A stretch of DNA of 64,000 nt from assembly GCF_009914755.1 (NCBI RefSeq), contig NC_060934.1; one strand, given 5' to 3'. The number at the start of each line of letters is the position of its first letter. Position 1 is the first letter of the stretch. The notes below the pieces were generated by a model. The model did not search any database and was not told the origin of the DNA. It saw only the letters and a list, made by a program, of their open reading frames with translations. This document shows, piece after piece, positions 42,480 to 56,809 of the stretch. The stretch is from the human T2T-CHM13v2.0 reference genome, Homo sapiens. Both the position numbers and the translations under genes were made by a program.

Positions 42480-45466
42480 GCGAAGACCCTCTCCAGCTCT
42501 GGTAAATTATTTTGCTTGAAGTCTACTTCATGAGATATTAATATATTCACTCCTGCTTCCTTAAAAAATTAATGATTACATAGGATATCTTTCTCCATTC
42601 TTTTACTTTCAGCCTACTTAGGTCCTTAAGTGAGTTTGAAGTTTCTTATGAACAGTATTTAGTTGGGCCATGTGTTTATTATAGGCTCTCCATCCATCCG
42701 TCTTTTGGTTTATTTAGACCATTTACATTTAAGGTGCTTATTGTTACATAATTGCTTATGTCTGATGTTTTTATTATTTGCTTTTTTGTTTCCTTTTTCT
42801 TTCCCTCCATCTTGATCTATTTCTGTATAATGTTGTTGCGTGTATCTCTTTGTATAGTCTTGAAGTGTTTGCTCTGGATGTTACAATATGCATATTGTAA
42901 TATAGTAGTCTACTGGTACCAGTATTTACCACTTCAAAGTGTGGAAACCTGCCTTGCATTTATGTCTCTTTACCTTTTCCGCTTGTATGAATCACTGGCT
43001 TGAGTATTAGGTGGTGGTATAGTTTTTGTTTCAGTTGTCAAGTGTGATTTTAAGAACTGCGGATTGTCTCGTGTATGTATCCACATTTCTGGTCTTTCCT
43101 TTGTCCCTCCTCCCATAGTCCCATATTCATCCCTTCTGCATAAGAACTTTCTGTAGCCATTTTTTTATTTTGATTTTTTTGTTTTAATTTTTTGTATTGT
43201 GGAAATGACAGAACATATTTCTGTAGCCACTTTTTAGCATTTCTAAATTTACCAGAGACAAATTCCTATATTCTCTTCCTCTGATAATGTCTTTATTTCT
43301 CTCTTCATTTCTGAAGGGTAGTTTCATGGGATATAGAATTTGCAACCAACAGTTTTTTTGTTTGTTGGTTTGGTTTTTTTGTTTGTTTCTTTGGTTGGTT
43401 TTTTTTAAGCACTTGAAAATGTTGTGCCACTTCCTTCTGGCCTCCATGGCATTTGAGTTGGCATGTCCCTACAGGCATTCTGCCATTTTTGGTCTTTGTT
43501 TTTAGTTTTGAAAGTTTAATCAGTGTTGCTTTCTTTTGTTATACTTTGAGGTTTGCTCAGCTTCTTGAATCTGTAAGTTTATATCTTTCACTAAATGTGG
43601 GAAGCGTCAGGAATTAGTTATTTGCATGCTTTTGCAGCTCTGGTCTCCTGTGGGACTCAGATAACATAAATGCGGGGTCTTTTGTTATTGTCCCACAGGT
43701 CCGTGCAGCTCTGTTCATTTGTTTTCAGGTTATTTTCTCTCTATTGTTTAGACTGGGTGAATTCTGTTGATACAGGTTTCAGCTTCTCTGATTCTCTCCT
43801 CTGTCGTCTCCACTTTTACTCAATAGAGCCCATCTAGATAGATTTTTTTTTAATTTCTGTTACTGTATTTTATATTTCTGTAATTTCCATTTGATTCTTC
43901 TTCAGTTTCTTTGCTGACGTTTTCAGTTCTTTGTTTGTTGCCATAGGATTTGTAGTTGCTTGTTGAAGCATATTTATGCTGACTGTTATAAGTGATGAGT
44001 CAGATGGTTCCAACATCTGCCTATGTAATTTTTTTATTTTTGCAGGCAGTCCTCCTATTTGGGTTTAGTCTGTAGGTCCTGGTCTACTTTGTGGGCTGTG
44101 ATTCCAATGGCAATTTAATTTCAGAGCCTTCATGGTGTTATTTTGGTCTGTTTGGCTTATATGTATCACTGGGATTCTCCCACCAGTCCCTGCTGTTGCC
44201 CACCTGAGGGAACAGGGGAGCTGCCCCAGGCTGGGCCACCTGCTGCAGCTAGGTGGGTGGGGAGTGGTGGTTGTCTTGGTGTGTGGAGCTGGTTTTCTTG
44301 TTATGGGGAAGATTTCCTTTGATCTGGGGGGACTGAGTCTGCCTGGGTTGCCTTCTATTGCTACGTTGGGAGTTGGGAAACTCTGGGCCTGGTCAACTTC
44401 CTATTGGATGAGGTCCAGGGAGACACCTGGCCACTATGCATTCCCTAGTCCTAGAGTCCCTCAGCAGCCTTTTTCTTTCCACCTTTCAGAATTCTCCTTT
44501 GATCATCTCCTGTCTATTATTTCTTAGGAGGGTATAATGTGTTATCTTCTCTAGACCAGAAATCCTTAATGGTGGTTTCAGGTTGTAACTGTGCTAAAGG
44601 GAGAATTGGCGTATTTTTGATGTTGAGTCTTTCTTTTCAAATGAGGACATATCATTATTCAGTAGATAATATTTACAACACCTACTTCCTTGGGTTGAAG
44701 AATGTGGTTAAGGCAAGGAAAGTACTTAACACAGTGCCTGGTGTGGAGAGCACCGATGAGTGTTGGTGGTGATGCTATTCCTTTTGTCCTTTGGTAGCAT
44801 ATTAAAGCTTTTCTTCTTTTTTAAAAAAATAAAGTTCTGGTGCATTTCTTGTTAGGTTTATTCCTATTTTATCCTTTTTTGCTTTTATTACAAATAGGAG
44901 CTTCCTATCTATTATAACTTCTACCTGGTTCTTTGGCCCTTATGTGAAAATGTTTTAATAGCCTTCTAAACATTGCTCTCCCAAATGAGTTTTAACTTGC
45001 CTATTTCTTTTATTTTCCTTTTTTTGAGACAGGGTCTCACTCTGTCACCCAGGCTGGAGTTCAGTGATGCAATTATGGCTCACTGCAACGTCTGCCTCCC
45101 GGGCCCCCAAAGTGCTGGGTTTACAGGCGTGAGCCACTGCACCCAGCCTTACTTGTCTGTTTCTTTTAAGAGTGGGAACTATAATTGAGCCCAGAGCTCC
45201 AAAAACAAATGAAGGAATGAATGAGTGAATAAGCTCTTCCCATGGGTTTGGTGTGGTTTGGGGCTCTACTCTTAATCTAAATGCTATGTTTTATATAACC
45301 TAAAATTTCCCCTAGGTGTGTTACACGATTGTGTTGTGTTGAACTTACATTGAGACTCCTTTTCACATGTGCTGGTATCAGCGTGGAGCTTTTCTATTCA
45401 TTCCTTGAACTATTCGTTTGGGGGACACACATAGACCTCTGTGTCTTTCATAAAGAGTGTCCATTG

Positions 45467-45872
<406 letters not shown>

Positions 45873-46044
45873 CTAACTGTTTTACAAAGCATTCCCTAGT
45901 GCAAAGTTTTGCCTGTGTGTGTAGTGACAGGAACAGTGAGAATGAGGCTTGGAACGCAGAGCACACTGTGGGCCTGTGGTAGGTGGGGCCAGCAGCACAT
46001 GCATACCTGGCTCACAGAGCAGCCTTTGGGTGTTCTTTTCCCAG

Positions 46045-46118
46045 AGGAGCTCTACGGTGACTTTGAAGACTTGGAAACAGGGGACGTGCACAAGGGAAAA
46101 TCAGGCCCCAATACTCAG
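46045..46118 (+). CDS. BMS1: BMS1 exon 14
   Basis: tcccag|AGGAG...CAG|gtatga; ELYGDFEDLETGDVHKGKSGPNTQ. Confidence 0.96.
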
Positions 46119-46763
46119 GTATGACTTTGTCGTAGCTGGCTGTTCTTGGTCATTGTGTTCTGAGAGAGGCCCACATTGAGAAATGCAAATCTTACTTGTG
46201 ATGTGTGAAGATTGCAGACTGGATAGATAGATTCCTTCCTAAAGGGTGGGGATGTGGGGACCAAAGAGAAGCTTTCTTGTTTACTTGTTAAGTTTTGGAT
46301 GACAGTTACTACCGTTTCTTGCCATAGTCATTTGCCAAGTCCACTGTGATTTTTCACTCACGGAAGTCTTAGCTTCTTGGACTTACATTCAACCATTGGC
46401 ATCATTCTCCCTTTTTTAAATTTAAGTGTCATTTAAAAGAATGAAGTCCCTGTTCTCCCTAGTATTTCTTTAGAACAGGGTCTGGGAGCATCTGGGTGAG
46501 GGACACGTCTGTTATTTTTATTCTAGTTTGTGTTCCCAGCCAGCTTAAGGATTAGCAGCTAATTGTAATGCAGATGTAACCATTTCCTGTAGCAGTACCA
46601 TGTTATTCAGAGACAAAGGTTGTGTTGTGTTTTCTTTTGTTTTATTGATAATGATAACAGATTTTTGCTAAGATTCTTGTTTAAATAGAACTTTAAAAAA
46701 GCTAATGTTTAAAGAAAAGACCTTCATAAACATACACAAAATTTTTTCTTCTGGAAATTTAAG

Positions 46764-46940
46764 AATGAAGATATAGAGAAAGAAGTTAAGGAAGAAATTG
46801 ACCCCGACGAAGAAGAAAGTGCCAAGAAAAAGCATTTGGATAAGAAGAGAAAATTGAAGGAGATGTTTGATGCAGAATATGATGAAGGAGAAAGCACATA
46901 TTTTGATGATCTTAAAGGAGAAATGCAGAAACAAGCACAG
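46764..46940 (+). CDS. BMS1: BMS1 exon 15
   Basis: tttaag|AATGAA...CAG|gtgaga; NEDIEKEV...MQKQAQ. Confidence 0.95.
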
Positions 46941-49228
46941 GTGAGAAACCTCAGTTCCTCTCAGCCCCTTGTCAAGACTATCATATAGCGCAGGAATCCC
47001 TGACTTTGTTTGGGTCCCTACGTCCTATCCTGCTTCTGTGTATCCTGCTTCTGTGCCTTTCATTCGGACTCCTGGGTAGAGATGCATGTGAGTGTGTTTA
47101 TTCATGCAGTGAGCTCATTGTTTCTGCAGTCAGAGGGTCACCAGAAAAAGATCCATACCTATTTTGTAACAAGAATTAGGAAACAGAAATGACTGAGACA
47201 TGGTCTCTACTTTTGAGACATGGTCTTACAATGTAGTGATCTGAGACAGTGTGTTCATTTCAGTGCAAGCATTGGCGGCCTATTCCAATCGCTGCTCCCT
47301 GATTTGAATGGCAGGTGATCAGTGGCCCCTGTGGCTTATAGACACACCAGAGCTCCCAGGGGAAGTGCTCTGAAAACTCATCCTGGTCAGAGTTCAGAAG
47401 GACATGTGGAGTATAAGGTCAGATGCAGAAATAAAGGGAGATGGTGTGGCCCTCCTGCCTGGGGATGCTGAGCAGGTTGCTGGAGGCGGTGATCTCACTC
47501 TGAAGGAGACAGACACAGAAACGTGTGTACAGTTGATGGTGAGCATCTGAGTTGCGTCTTGTTAGTGAGGCCAGGAGTGCCTGTGTAAGCTGGAACAGAT
47601 TAGGTATATGATTTGTGAAACGGAGTTTCATCCTAGGTCTTCATCTAGTCAAAGGACTATTTCCTGATTAGGCATTAGCTTAGTGGTTGCTAGTCTGTGT
47701 TGACCTTTGAAAGGCATGACTAGGCTAACTCTGAAGTTTTTGCTTCACACCATTTACAATTTAAAATTACCTAGAGCCTTGTGGGCCATTGGAAAAGACT
47801 GAATGTTTCACTCTGAAATGGGAGTCCTTGGAGGGTTTTGAGCAGAGGAGAGGTAATCAGATCACTCTGCCAAGAGATCAGTCGGGTGGCACAAACCAGA
47901 AGGCTGGCAGTGGAGATGAGAGAAAGAGTCAAACCCGGATAGACTTTATTTGGAAGCTGGGTCAGTAGGATTTCCTGGTGGACTGAATGTGGGGTGTGTG
48001 AGAGGAAATGAGGATGTCGACTGGAAGTTCCTGGAAGGACGGGTTGTTGTAAGTTAGATAGGAAACCCTCTGCAGATGCAGTTTTGGGAAGATGATGTTT
48101 GGTTCGGCTGGGTATCATGCAGACAAGTGAAATGTCAGGTCTGGAGAGAGGTCTGGCCAGGGACTTAGATGTAGATGCCCTCAGCATGTAGATGCCACTT
48201 AACGCTGTGAGGTGGCCGGGAGTGAGTGCAGAGTGAGTGGGAGGAGCAAGACTGGCATGGGCGAGATGGGGCGATTGTGGCCGTGAGTCCTGAGCAGTGC
48301 CTAGGAGGGAGAAGCAGTGTGAGCATGCAGGCACACAGGAGGCCAGTTGTACATGGAGGCGAAGCATTGTTCAGATCCTGCTGCCATGTTAACTACGGTG
48401 AAGGCAGAGTTCACCACTGGAGGAGTCCTTCAGCGTGGAGGCCTTCAGCAATCTTGGCAAGCACCAATTTTCATGGATGTAGGAGAATGGGAGCAGAGGA
48501 ACTGGAGGCTGCAACTGCAGAAAACTTTTGTGGGGTTTTGCTGCAGAGAGAAGCAGAGAAATGAAGCCGTTGTTGGTGGAAGAAGTGGAATCAAAAGGTT
48601 TTGAGATAAGAGAGAGAACAGAGGGAAGAGCTGTTGGAATAAAGTCCAGGAAGAGTGGATGGTGTCTAGTGAGCAAGTGATGTGTGGCCCTGAGTAGAGG
48701 CATGGACAAATATTCTGTGCCTGAGCTGCCTGTAGAACTTTCTGTGATCATCGAGATGCACGTCAGTGCTTCCCAATATTGTAACACTGGCCGCAGGTTG
48801 ATATGGACCACTTCCAGTGTGACTAGTGTGATTGAGGAACTGCATTTTAAATATTATGTAATTGTAATTAATTTTAATGTAAATAGCCACTCATAGCTCC
48901 CCTATGGGCCAGGTCAGAGCTCTGATAAGGCTGGATATGGGAGGAAACCCTGGTAGAGGGCTGACCGTGGAGGTTCTTTTGGTTTTGGAGTGAATCAGGA
49001 AACAGCCATCAGCTGAGTGAAGGTGAGGGTGGTGGTGGGTGTTTGAAGACAAGGGAAAAGTGTGAAAGAATTGTTCAGAAAGGAAAGAAAGAAGATGTGG
49101 ACTGGGGACGTTTCCAGTGTTCGGGCATGCAGGGCTCCACAGTTATCTACATTTGCTGTCCCTTGGAGCAGGAGAGAAGAAAACGGTTGGGACATATTCT
49201 GAGCAGACTGTAGAGGTAAAATATGTAG

Positions 49229-49537
<309 letters not shown>

Positions 49538-49681
49538 AAATGTGTAGTATTTTTAATAGGGTAAAGCCTACATAATTCTGTCCACAGTTCCTTTACTTAG
49601 AAATTGCTCATTTGTTCATGTTAATCTTATGTTTATTACAGATAACAGCATACAGGTTTTTTTATTCCCCATCATGTACAG

Positions 49682-49870
49682 CTGAATCGCGCAGAATTTG
49701 AAGATCAAGATGATGAAGCCAGAGTTCAGTATGAGGGTTTTCGACCTGGGATGTACGTCCGCATTGAGATTGAAAATGTTCCCTGTGAATTTGTGCAGAA
49801 CTTTGACCCCCATTACCCCATTATCCTGGGTGGCTTGGGCAACAGTGAGGGAAATGTTGGCTACGTGCAG
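49682..49870 (+). CDS. BMS1: BMS1 exon 16
   Basis: gtacag|CTGAAT...CAG|gtgggt; LNRAEFED...GFRPGMYVRIEI...VGYVQ. Confidence 0.96.
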
Positions 49871-49953
49871 GTGGGTCCCTTTGCTACATATTTGGTGCCT
49901 GAGGCTCTGTGGATTTCCCCTCCATCAATCATCTTACCCTCTCGTCCCCTCAG

Positions 49954-50134
49954 ATGCGTCTGAAGAAACATCGCTGGTATAAGAAAATCCTCAAGTCCCG
50001 AGATCCAATCATATTTTCTGTAGGGTGGAGGAGGTTTCAGACCATCCCACTGTATTATATCGAAGACCACAATGGAAGACAAAGGCTTCTAAAGTATACC
50101 CCACAGCACATGCATTGCGGAGCAGCCTTTTGGG
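49954..50134 (+). CDS. BMS1: BMS1 exon 17
   Basis: cctcag|ATGCGT...TGGG|gtaaaa; [18 protein letters not shown]...GWRRFQT...AAFW. Confidence 0.97.
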
Positions 50135-50379
50135 GTAAAATATGATTACAATAACTTGCCTGTTGCCAAGATTAAACCTTACAGGCTGCGTTATTATAGC
50201 TTTGTGCTTTTCTTTCATAAAATTCCACTCCTAAGATTTTTCTCTTTTCTGGGAGCGGGGAGGTGGTTTGGAGTATATATGTAAATCTATATCCAAATCT
50301 AAATGTCCATATCCAGTATGTTAAACTAGAATCTAAAATTTGTGGTTCGCTATATTTCTTTTTTTCCTTTTCCTTTAAG

Positions 50380-50438
50380 GCCCTATCACTCCACAGGGAA
50401 CTGGTTTCTTGGCAATACAGTCTGTCAGTGGCATAATG
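50380..50438 (+). CDS. BMS1: BMS1 exon 18
   Basis: tttaag|GCCCT...ATG|gtaact; GPITPQGTGFLAIQSVSGIM. Confidence 0.95.
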
Positions 50439-50929
50439 GTAACTATCTTGGATGATTTCTTTTACAGATTGGTTTGAGAAATATATCCTGGGTGTGGGTT
50501 ATTATGTACATGAGACTTTAAGTTGAAAATTACTCATTTTTATTAATACAAAGTAAATTTCCCTTTGCTTTTAATCTTCCTACATCGTTTTCAGTAGGGT
50601 GTGGGATTAGAGGAGGGGAGGTGGAAGAATTATAATGGTACATTTCCTATTTTTGTGCATCTTTTGCATTTATTTATCTAAGCAAGTACTTAAGCAGTGC
50701 TCACCATGTGCTAAGCACTATATGAGGTTGTGAGGAGCCATCAGAGACTCCCTGCAGCCGTGCAGGGAGTCCATTTTCATTTGACCAGTCAGGCAGGGCA
50801 GGGTTTATTGGTCCCATTTAACAGAGAAGAAAGCAGAATAATGAGCAGATGGAATCTGCCCTGGAGTTCCAAATTTTAATTTCCTAAACATTGCAACTGT
50901 ATTTTTCTTTTCCATTTCATTCCAAATAA

Positions 50930-51332
<403 letters not shown>

Positions 51333-51507
51333 TAAAGTTTTGGATTGCTTTTGTCAAACCACTGGGTTGCAAGTTCACATGGTCTCTCTTGTTTTTCTTA
51401 GCTAATTGTAAGTAAAATTCACTTTGGTAATTTATTGTGTCACATAGAATTGAAGTTTTTCTCTTGCTGATATTATTCCTATTTTCAAATTTTGGGGTTC
51501 CTGTTAG

Positions 51508-51630
51508 CCTGATTTTCGGATAGCTGCTACAGGAGTTGTCCTTGATCTGGATAAATCCATAAAAATTGTGAAGAAATTAAAGCTAACTGGTTTTCCATAT
51601 AAAATTTTCAAGAACACTTCATTTATTAAG
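51508..51630 (+). CDS. BMS1: BMS1 exon 19
   Basis: tgttag|CCTGAT...AAG|gtctgt; [11 protein letters not shown]...[19 protein letters not shown]. Confidence 0.96.
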
Positions 51631-52563
51631 GTCTGTATATCTATATATTCTCATATTTATAAATGTCCATATTGTTTGAGAAAAGGAATGAAATACCTTT
51701 AAAATATGGGCCTCATATTTTTAGAAAAGTGTTTGAAATCTTTTATAAACTTCATATTTTGTTTGCTCCTTTATATTCTGTGTTACTTAAATATGCTCTA
51801 AAAAGCAGTGGTAAAACAGCTATTTAGGAATTGAGGCTGTTATTCATAACTTCCATGTGAGACTGCCACATATTGAACTCATATTGAACTCATATTGAAA
51901 ATATGTCATTTTATCCACTGGGTTTTGTTTCCTACTTTTTTTATTTGTGTTAAGAAAGGGAAAAAAATCACAAGTTTGTCTAACCATTCAGTAGAAAAAT
52001 CGACAAAGCATTTGCAGACAACTTGGCAAGGTTACAGAGAAACGGATATACTGTTTTTCAGTATTTGGGGAGGTTGGTTTGAGCAGCATTTATTGAGAAT
52101 TTCATTAGTGGGGATGTTTCTATTGAAAACACAGAGTTAGAAAGTCATAAAATGTTCTTGCAATATAAGGTAATAATACCACCAGCGTTTATCTTACTGT
52201 TTTCATGTTCTAAGTGCATGCACCTGAGTAAAAGCATCTGGGCTGCAGTCCAGTCTGAGAGATGCCAGGAAAGGCTGCCTAGGCCAGTTCAGTCCAGTAA
52301 ATCCCTCTTCGATCTTCTCTTCCACACAGACAGCGGTGATGAGCATGCCCATGAACTGACATGATTATTTTGGGGAAAATGAAAGACTTGTATTCTTTTT
52401 GAGATAGTAATTCCACTTTCAGGGGCGAATACATTTTGTTTATTTTATCACCCTTCAGTGAGTTGTTTTTGTTCTTTAATCAAGGATGTATGTTTGAAGT
52501 AAGAAGTAAAGCATAAAGTATATGATTTTGTGTGTGTGTGTTTTTATCTTGCTATACCTGTAG

Positions 52564-52711
52564 GGAATGTTTAATTCTGCCTTGGAAGTGGCCAAATTTG
52601 AAGGTGCTGTGATTCGAACAGTCAGTGGGATAAGGGGGCAGATCAAGAAAGCACTCCGAGCTCCAGAAGGAGCTTTCAGGGCCAGCTTTGAGGATAAGCT
52701 GCTGATGAGCG
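52564..52711 (+). CDS. BMS1: BMS1 exon 20
   Basis: ctgtag|GGAATG...AGCG|gtgagt; [15 protein letters not shown]...FEDKLLMS. Confidence 0.96.
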
Positions 52712-53054
52712 GTGAGTGTCTTGAGTAGTGTTCAGGGCAGGGTGTTACCATTCATGCTTGACTTCTAGCCAGTGTGACGAGAGGCTGGAGTCAGGTCTCT
52801 AGAGAGTTGAGCAGCTCCAGCCTTAGATCTCCCAGTCTTATGGGTGTGCCCATTCGCTTTGTGTCTGCAGTCCCCTGGCCACACCCAGTAACAGTTCTGT
52901 GATCTATGAGAATAGTTTCCTTAGCGAGCTTTTCCTTCAAATACTTTGCAGCCAGGTAGAGAAGTTTGGAGTGAAGGTTTTATTCTTTGTTTCTTCGCAA
53001 TATGGATATGAATCTTCTTTTGAAAATGTTAAAGTAAATTACCTCTCTTTTCAG

Positions 53055-53230
53055 ATATTGTCTTCATGCGAACTTGGTATCCTGTTTCCATCCCAGCGTT
53101 CTATAACCCAGTAACATCTTTGTTGAAACCAGTGGGTGAGAAAGACACCTGGTCAGGAATGCGGACCACGGGCCAACTCAGGCTCGCCCATGGCGTCAGA
53201 CTAAAGGCGAACAAGGACTCTCTGTATAAG
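53055..53230 (+). CDS. BMS1: BMS1 exon 21
   Basis: tttcag|ATATTG...AAG|gtactg; DIVFMRTWYPV...DSLYK. Confidence 0.96.
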
Positions 53231-54355
53231 GTACTGGTCGCGTGTGTGTTAGTGGAGATGAAGCCTGTGCTCTACAGACAGGGAGTCACACAGACACTTT
53301 TCTATAATTTCTTACATGCTTTGAATGTTCAAGTATAAAGTCTAACGTTAAATTTGATTGAACAGTTGTATATTTGTGGAATATTTTGGAATGGAACACC
53401 AAAAAATGATAATAGTGGTTCTTTCTGGATTGAAGACAAACTTTTCTTTTTTAAAATAAATTTTATTTTATATATTTGAGGTTGACCACATGATCTTAAA
53501 GGATACATATAGATAGTAAACTGGTTACTATCGTGAAGCAAATTAACATAGCTACCATTTCACACAGTTAGATTTTTTTGTGTGTAACAGGAACAGCTAA
53601 AATCTACTTACTTAACAAAAATCCCAAAGACAATACATTTTTATTAACTATAGCCCTCATGATATACACTAGATCTCTAACTTGTTCATCCTACATGTCT
53701 GCTACTTTGTATTGTTTTAATATACATCTCCCCATTTCCTATTGGTCATTTCCTATTTGGCCCATTTTTCAACTGGGTTGTTTTTCTGCTATTAAGTTGT
53801 AAGAGTTCTTTACTGATTTTTGGATATTAACACTTTATCAGATATGTGGTTTGCAAATATTTCTCCCAGTCTATAGGTTCCCTTTTCATTTTGTTGGTTG
53901 TTCCTTTGCTGTGCAGGAGCTTTTTAGTTTGATGCAGTCCTCCTTGTTTATGTTTACATTTGTAGCCTGGCTTGTGGTGCGATATCCAAAAAATTATTGC
54001 TAAGGCCAACGTCAAGAGGCTTTCTCCCTATGTTTTCTTCTAGGAGTTTTATGGTTTCAGGTCTTATTTGGGTCTTGGGTCTTGTATCTATTTTGAGTTG
54101 ATTTTTGTGTATGGTGTATGATCAGGGTCCAATTTTATTCTTTTGCATGTGAAAATCCAGTTTTCCCAGCACTATTATTGAAGAGACTGTCTTTTTTACC
54201 ATTGTGTTGTCTTGTTTGCCCTTATCAAAAATTAGTTGACAGTATATGTTTGGATTTATTTCAAAGGTCTCTGTTCTGTTCCATTGGTCTATTTTTTTGT
54301 TTTTATGCCAGCACCATACTGTTTTGATTACTATAGCTTTGTAATACAATTTTAA

Positions 54356-54733
<378 letters not shown>

Positions 54734-55682
54734 TGAGCCACTGCGCCTGGCCAGGATTGTTTTATTCTGTTCTGTGAAGAATGCCAACAGAACTTTGATG
54801 AGGATTGTGTTAAATCTGTATATTTGCTTTGGGTAGCGTGAACATTTTAACAATATTAATTCTTCTGATCCATAAACATAGGATGTCTTTCCATTTGTTC
54901 ATGTCTAAATTTCTTTCATCAATGTTTTATGGTTTTCAAGTGTACACATCTCTCACCTTCTTGGTTAAGTTTATTCCTAAGTTTTTGTTTTTCTTTGCTG
55001 CTATTGTAAATTAGATTATTTTCTTGATTTGTCACCTAGGTTATTTGCATACAGAAATGCAACTGATTTTTATATATTGAGTTTATACCTTGCAGCTTAA
55101 CTGAATTGATTTAGTAGTTCTCACACTTTTTTGTGGAATCTTTGGAGTTTTTTATGTAAAGGATCTTGTCATCTGCAAATAGAGATAATTTTACTTCTTT
55201 AATTTAGTTGCCTTTTTTTTCTCATCTGATTGCTCTTGCAAGTACTCTATTGAATAAAAGTGATGAAGCTGGCCATCCCTATCTTGTATTCAATCTTAGT
55301 GGAAAAGCTTTTAGTTGTTCCCCACTAACTATTATGTAGACTGTGGGTTTTTCATAAATGGGCTTTATTACGTTGAGGAACTTTCCTTCTATACATAAAC
55401 TGTTAAGAGGTTTTATCAAGAAAGGTTGCTAAACTTTGTTAAATGCTTTTTCTGCATCAATTGAGGTGAACATGTCGTTTTATCTTTCATTTTGTTAATG
55501 TGATATATCACATTGATTGATTTACATATGTTAAACCAGCCTTGCATGCCAGGGATAAATCCCACTTAAACACGATGTATAAAGTTTTTGATGTGTTGTT
55601 GAATTCTATTTGCTAAAATTTTTTTAGGATGTTTGCATCAGTGCTTAATTTATTGGAGAAGTTGACCTGTAGTTTTTGTTTG

Positions 55683-55684
<2 letters not shown>

Positions 55685-55724
<40 letters not shown>
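55685..55724. repeat. (TG)n microsatellite, ~19 units
   Basis: Direct reading. Confidence 0.92.
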
Positions 55725-55727
<3 letters not shown>

Positions 55728-56391
55728 GGTTTGGCTTAGGTATTAAGGTGATACTGGCCTGGTAAAATGTGTTTGGAATTATTTCCTCTTGCTCTATTTT
55801 TGCGAAGAGTTTAAGAAGTAAACTCCCAGGGGATGGGAGTGACTCTGGACATGGGAGTGACATAATAGTGACTCTGGACCCTACAGTGGTGGGACACAGC
55901 AGCATCTCAGTCTCTACGAGGCCAGGCGCAGCATCAGCAAGGACCCCAGAATGATGGAGCACTACTGTGGCTTGGGCCCTCGGGGGCAGGGACCAGTGCA
56001 GCAACTACTTCTCTCCCTGGGGAGGCAGGTGCCTGGGCAACTCAGATTCTCCAGGGCTAGTCCAGTTCCAAGGAAGCAGGGTTCTACAGTTGTTTGTCCT
56101 GAAGGGCAAGGTACCCCAGTTCAACCAATGCCATTTTCCTGGGACGTGGGGGTGCCATGTTGGCTCATCCCTGGCAGGTGTGGCTGCTCAGCTCAGCCAA
56201 GACACTGATTCCCTGTGAAGCAGGACAGTGCTTCAGCTCTTGTGCAGTGGGGAGTGTGACTGCTCAGACTGGCCAAGGCACTGATTCCCTGGAAAGCAGG
56301 GCACCAAGTCAACTCAGGCTCCAAGGGGCAGGGCGCAATGGCAGCTGGGAGGGGAGGGGCACGGCAGCGTGGCCCCGCAGGGTGGGGTGCA

Positions 56392-56809
56392 TGCTGTGAT
56401 GTGGACATCGTTTGTTCCCACCAGCACTCATGTTGAAATTTGATTCCAAATGTGGTGGTGTGGGAGGTGGGGCCTAGTGGGAGGTATTTGGGTCACAGGG
56501 CAGATCCTTTATGAATAGATTAATGCCTTTTCATGGGACTGGATTAGTTACCAGGAGTGGATTGTTACCAGAGTGAGTTCAGCTTCCTAGACTCTCGTGT
56601 TTCCTCTCTTGCCATGTGAGCCCCTTGCATACACCTGTTTCCCCTTCCACTTTCCCCATGAGGTGAAGCAGCACAAGACCCTCGCCAGATGTGCTGCCTG
56701 ATCTCAGACTTTTCAGACACAAGCAGGGTGAGCCAAATAAACCTTTTTTATAAAATAAGTTACCGAGTCTCAGGTATTCTGTTACAGCCACACTAAATGG
56801 CCTGAGACA
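56392..56809 (+). mobile_element. MST-type MaLR LTR
   Basis: TG...CA, CTCATGTTGAAATTTGAT...AATAAACCTTTTTTATAAAAT; TSD GTGCA/GTGTA. Confidence 0.8.

Noticed and set aside
47026-47226. Small tandem duplications (15-mer at 47026-47055; 13-mer at 47194/47214; 11-mer near 51870-51898)
   Set aside because: Ordinary slippage duplications with no evidence of function
47771-48367. 198-aa minus-strand ORF in intron 15
   Set aside because: Overlaps L2-like decayed repeat; no recognisable protein features
52759-52824. Competing hairpins in intron 20 (GAGGCTGGAG/CTCCAGCCTT) as possible H/ACA RNA or miRNA
   Set aside because: No H box or terminal ACA at the expected positions; stem too short for a pre-miRNA
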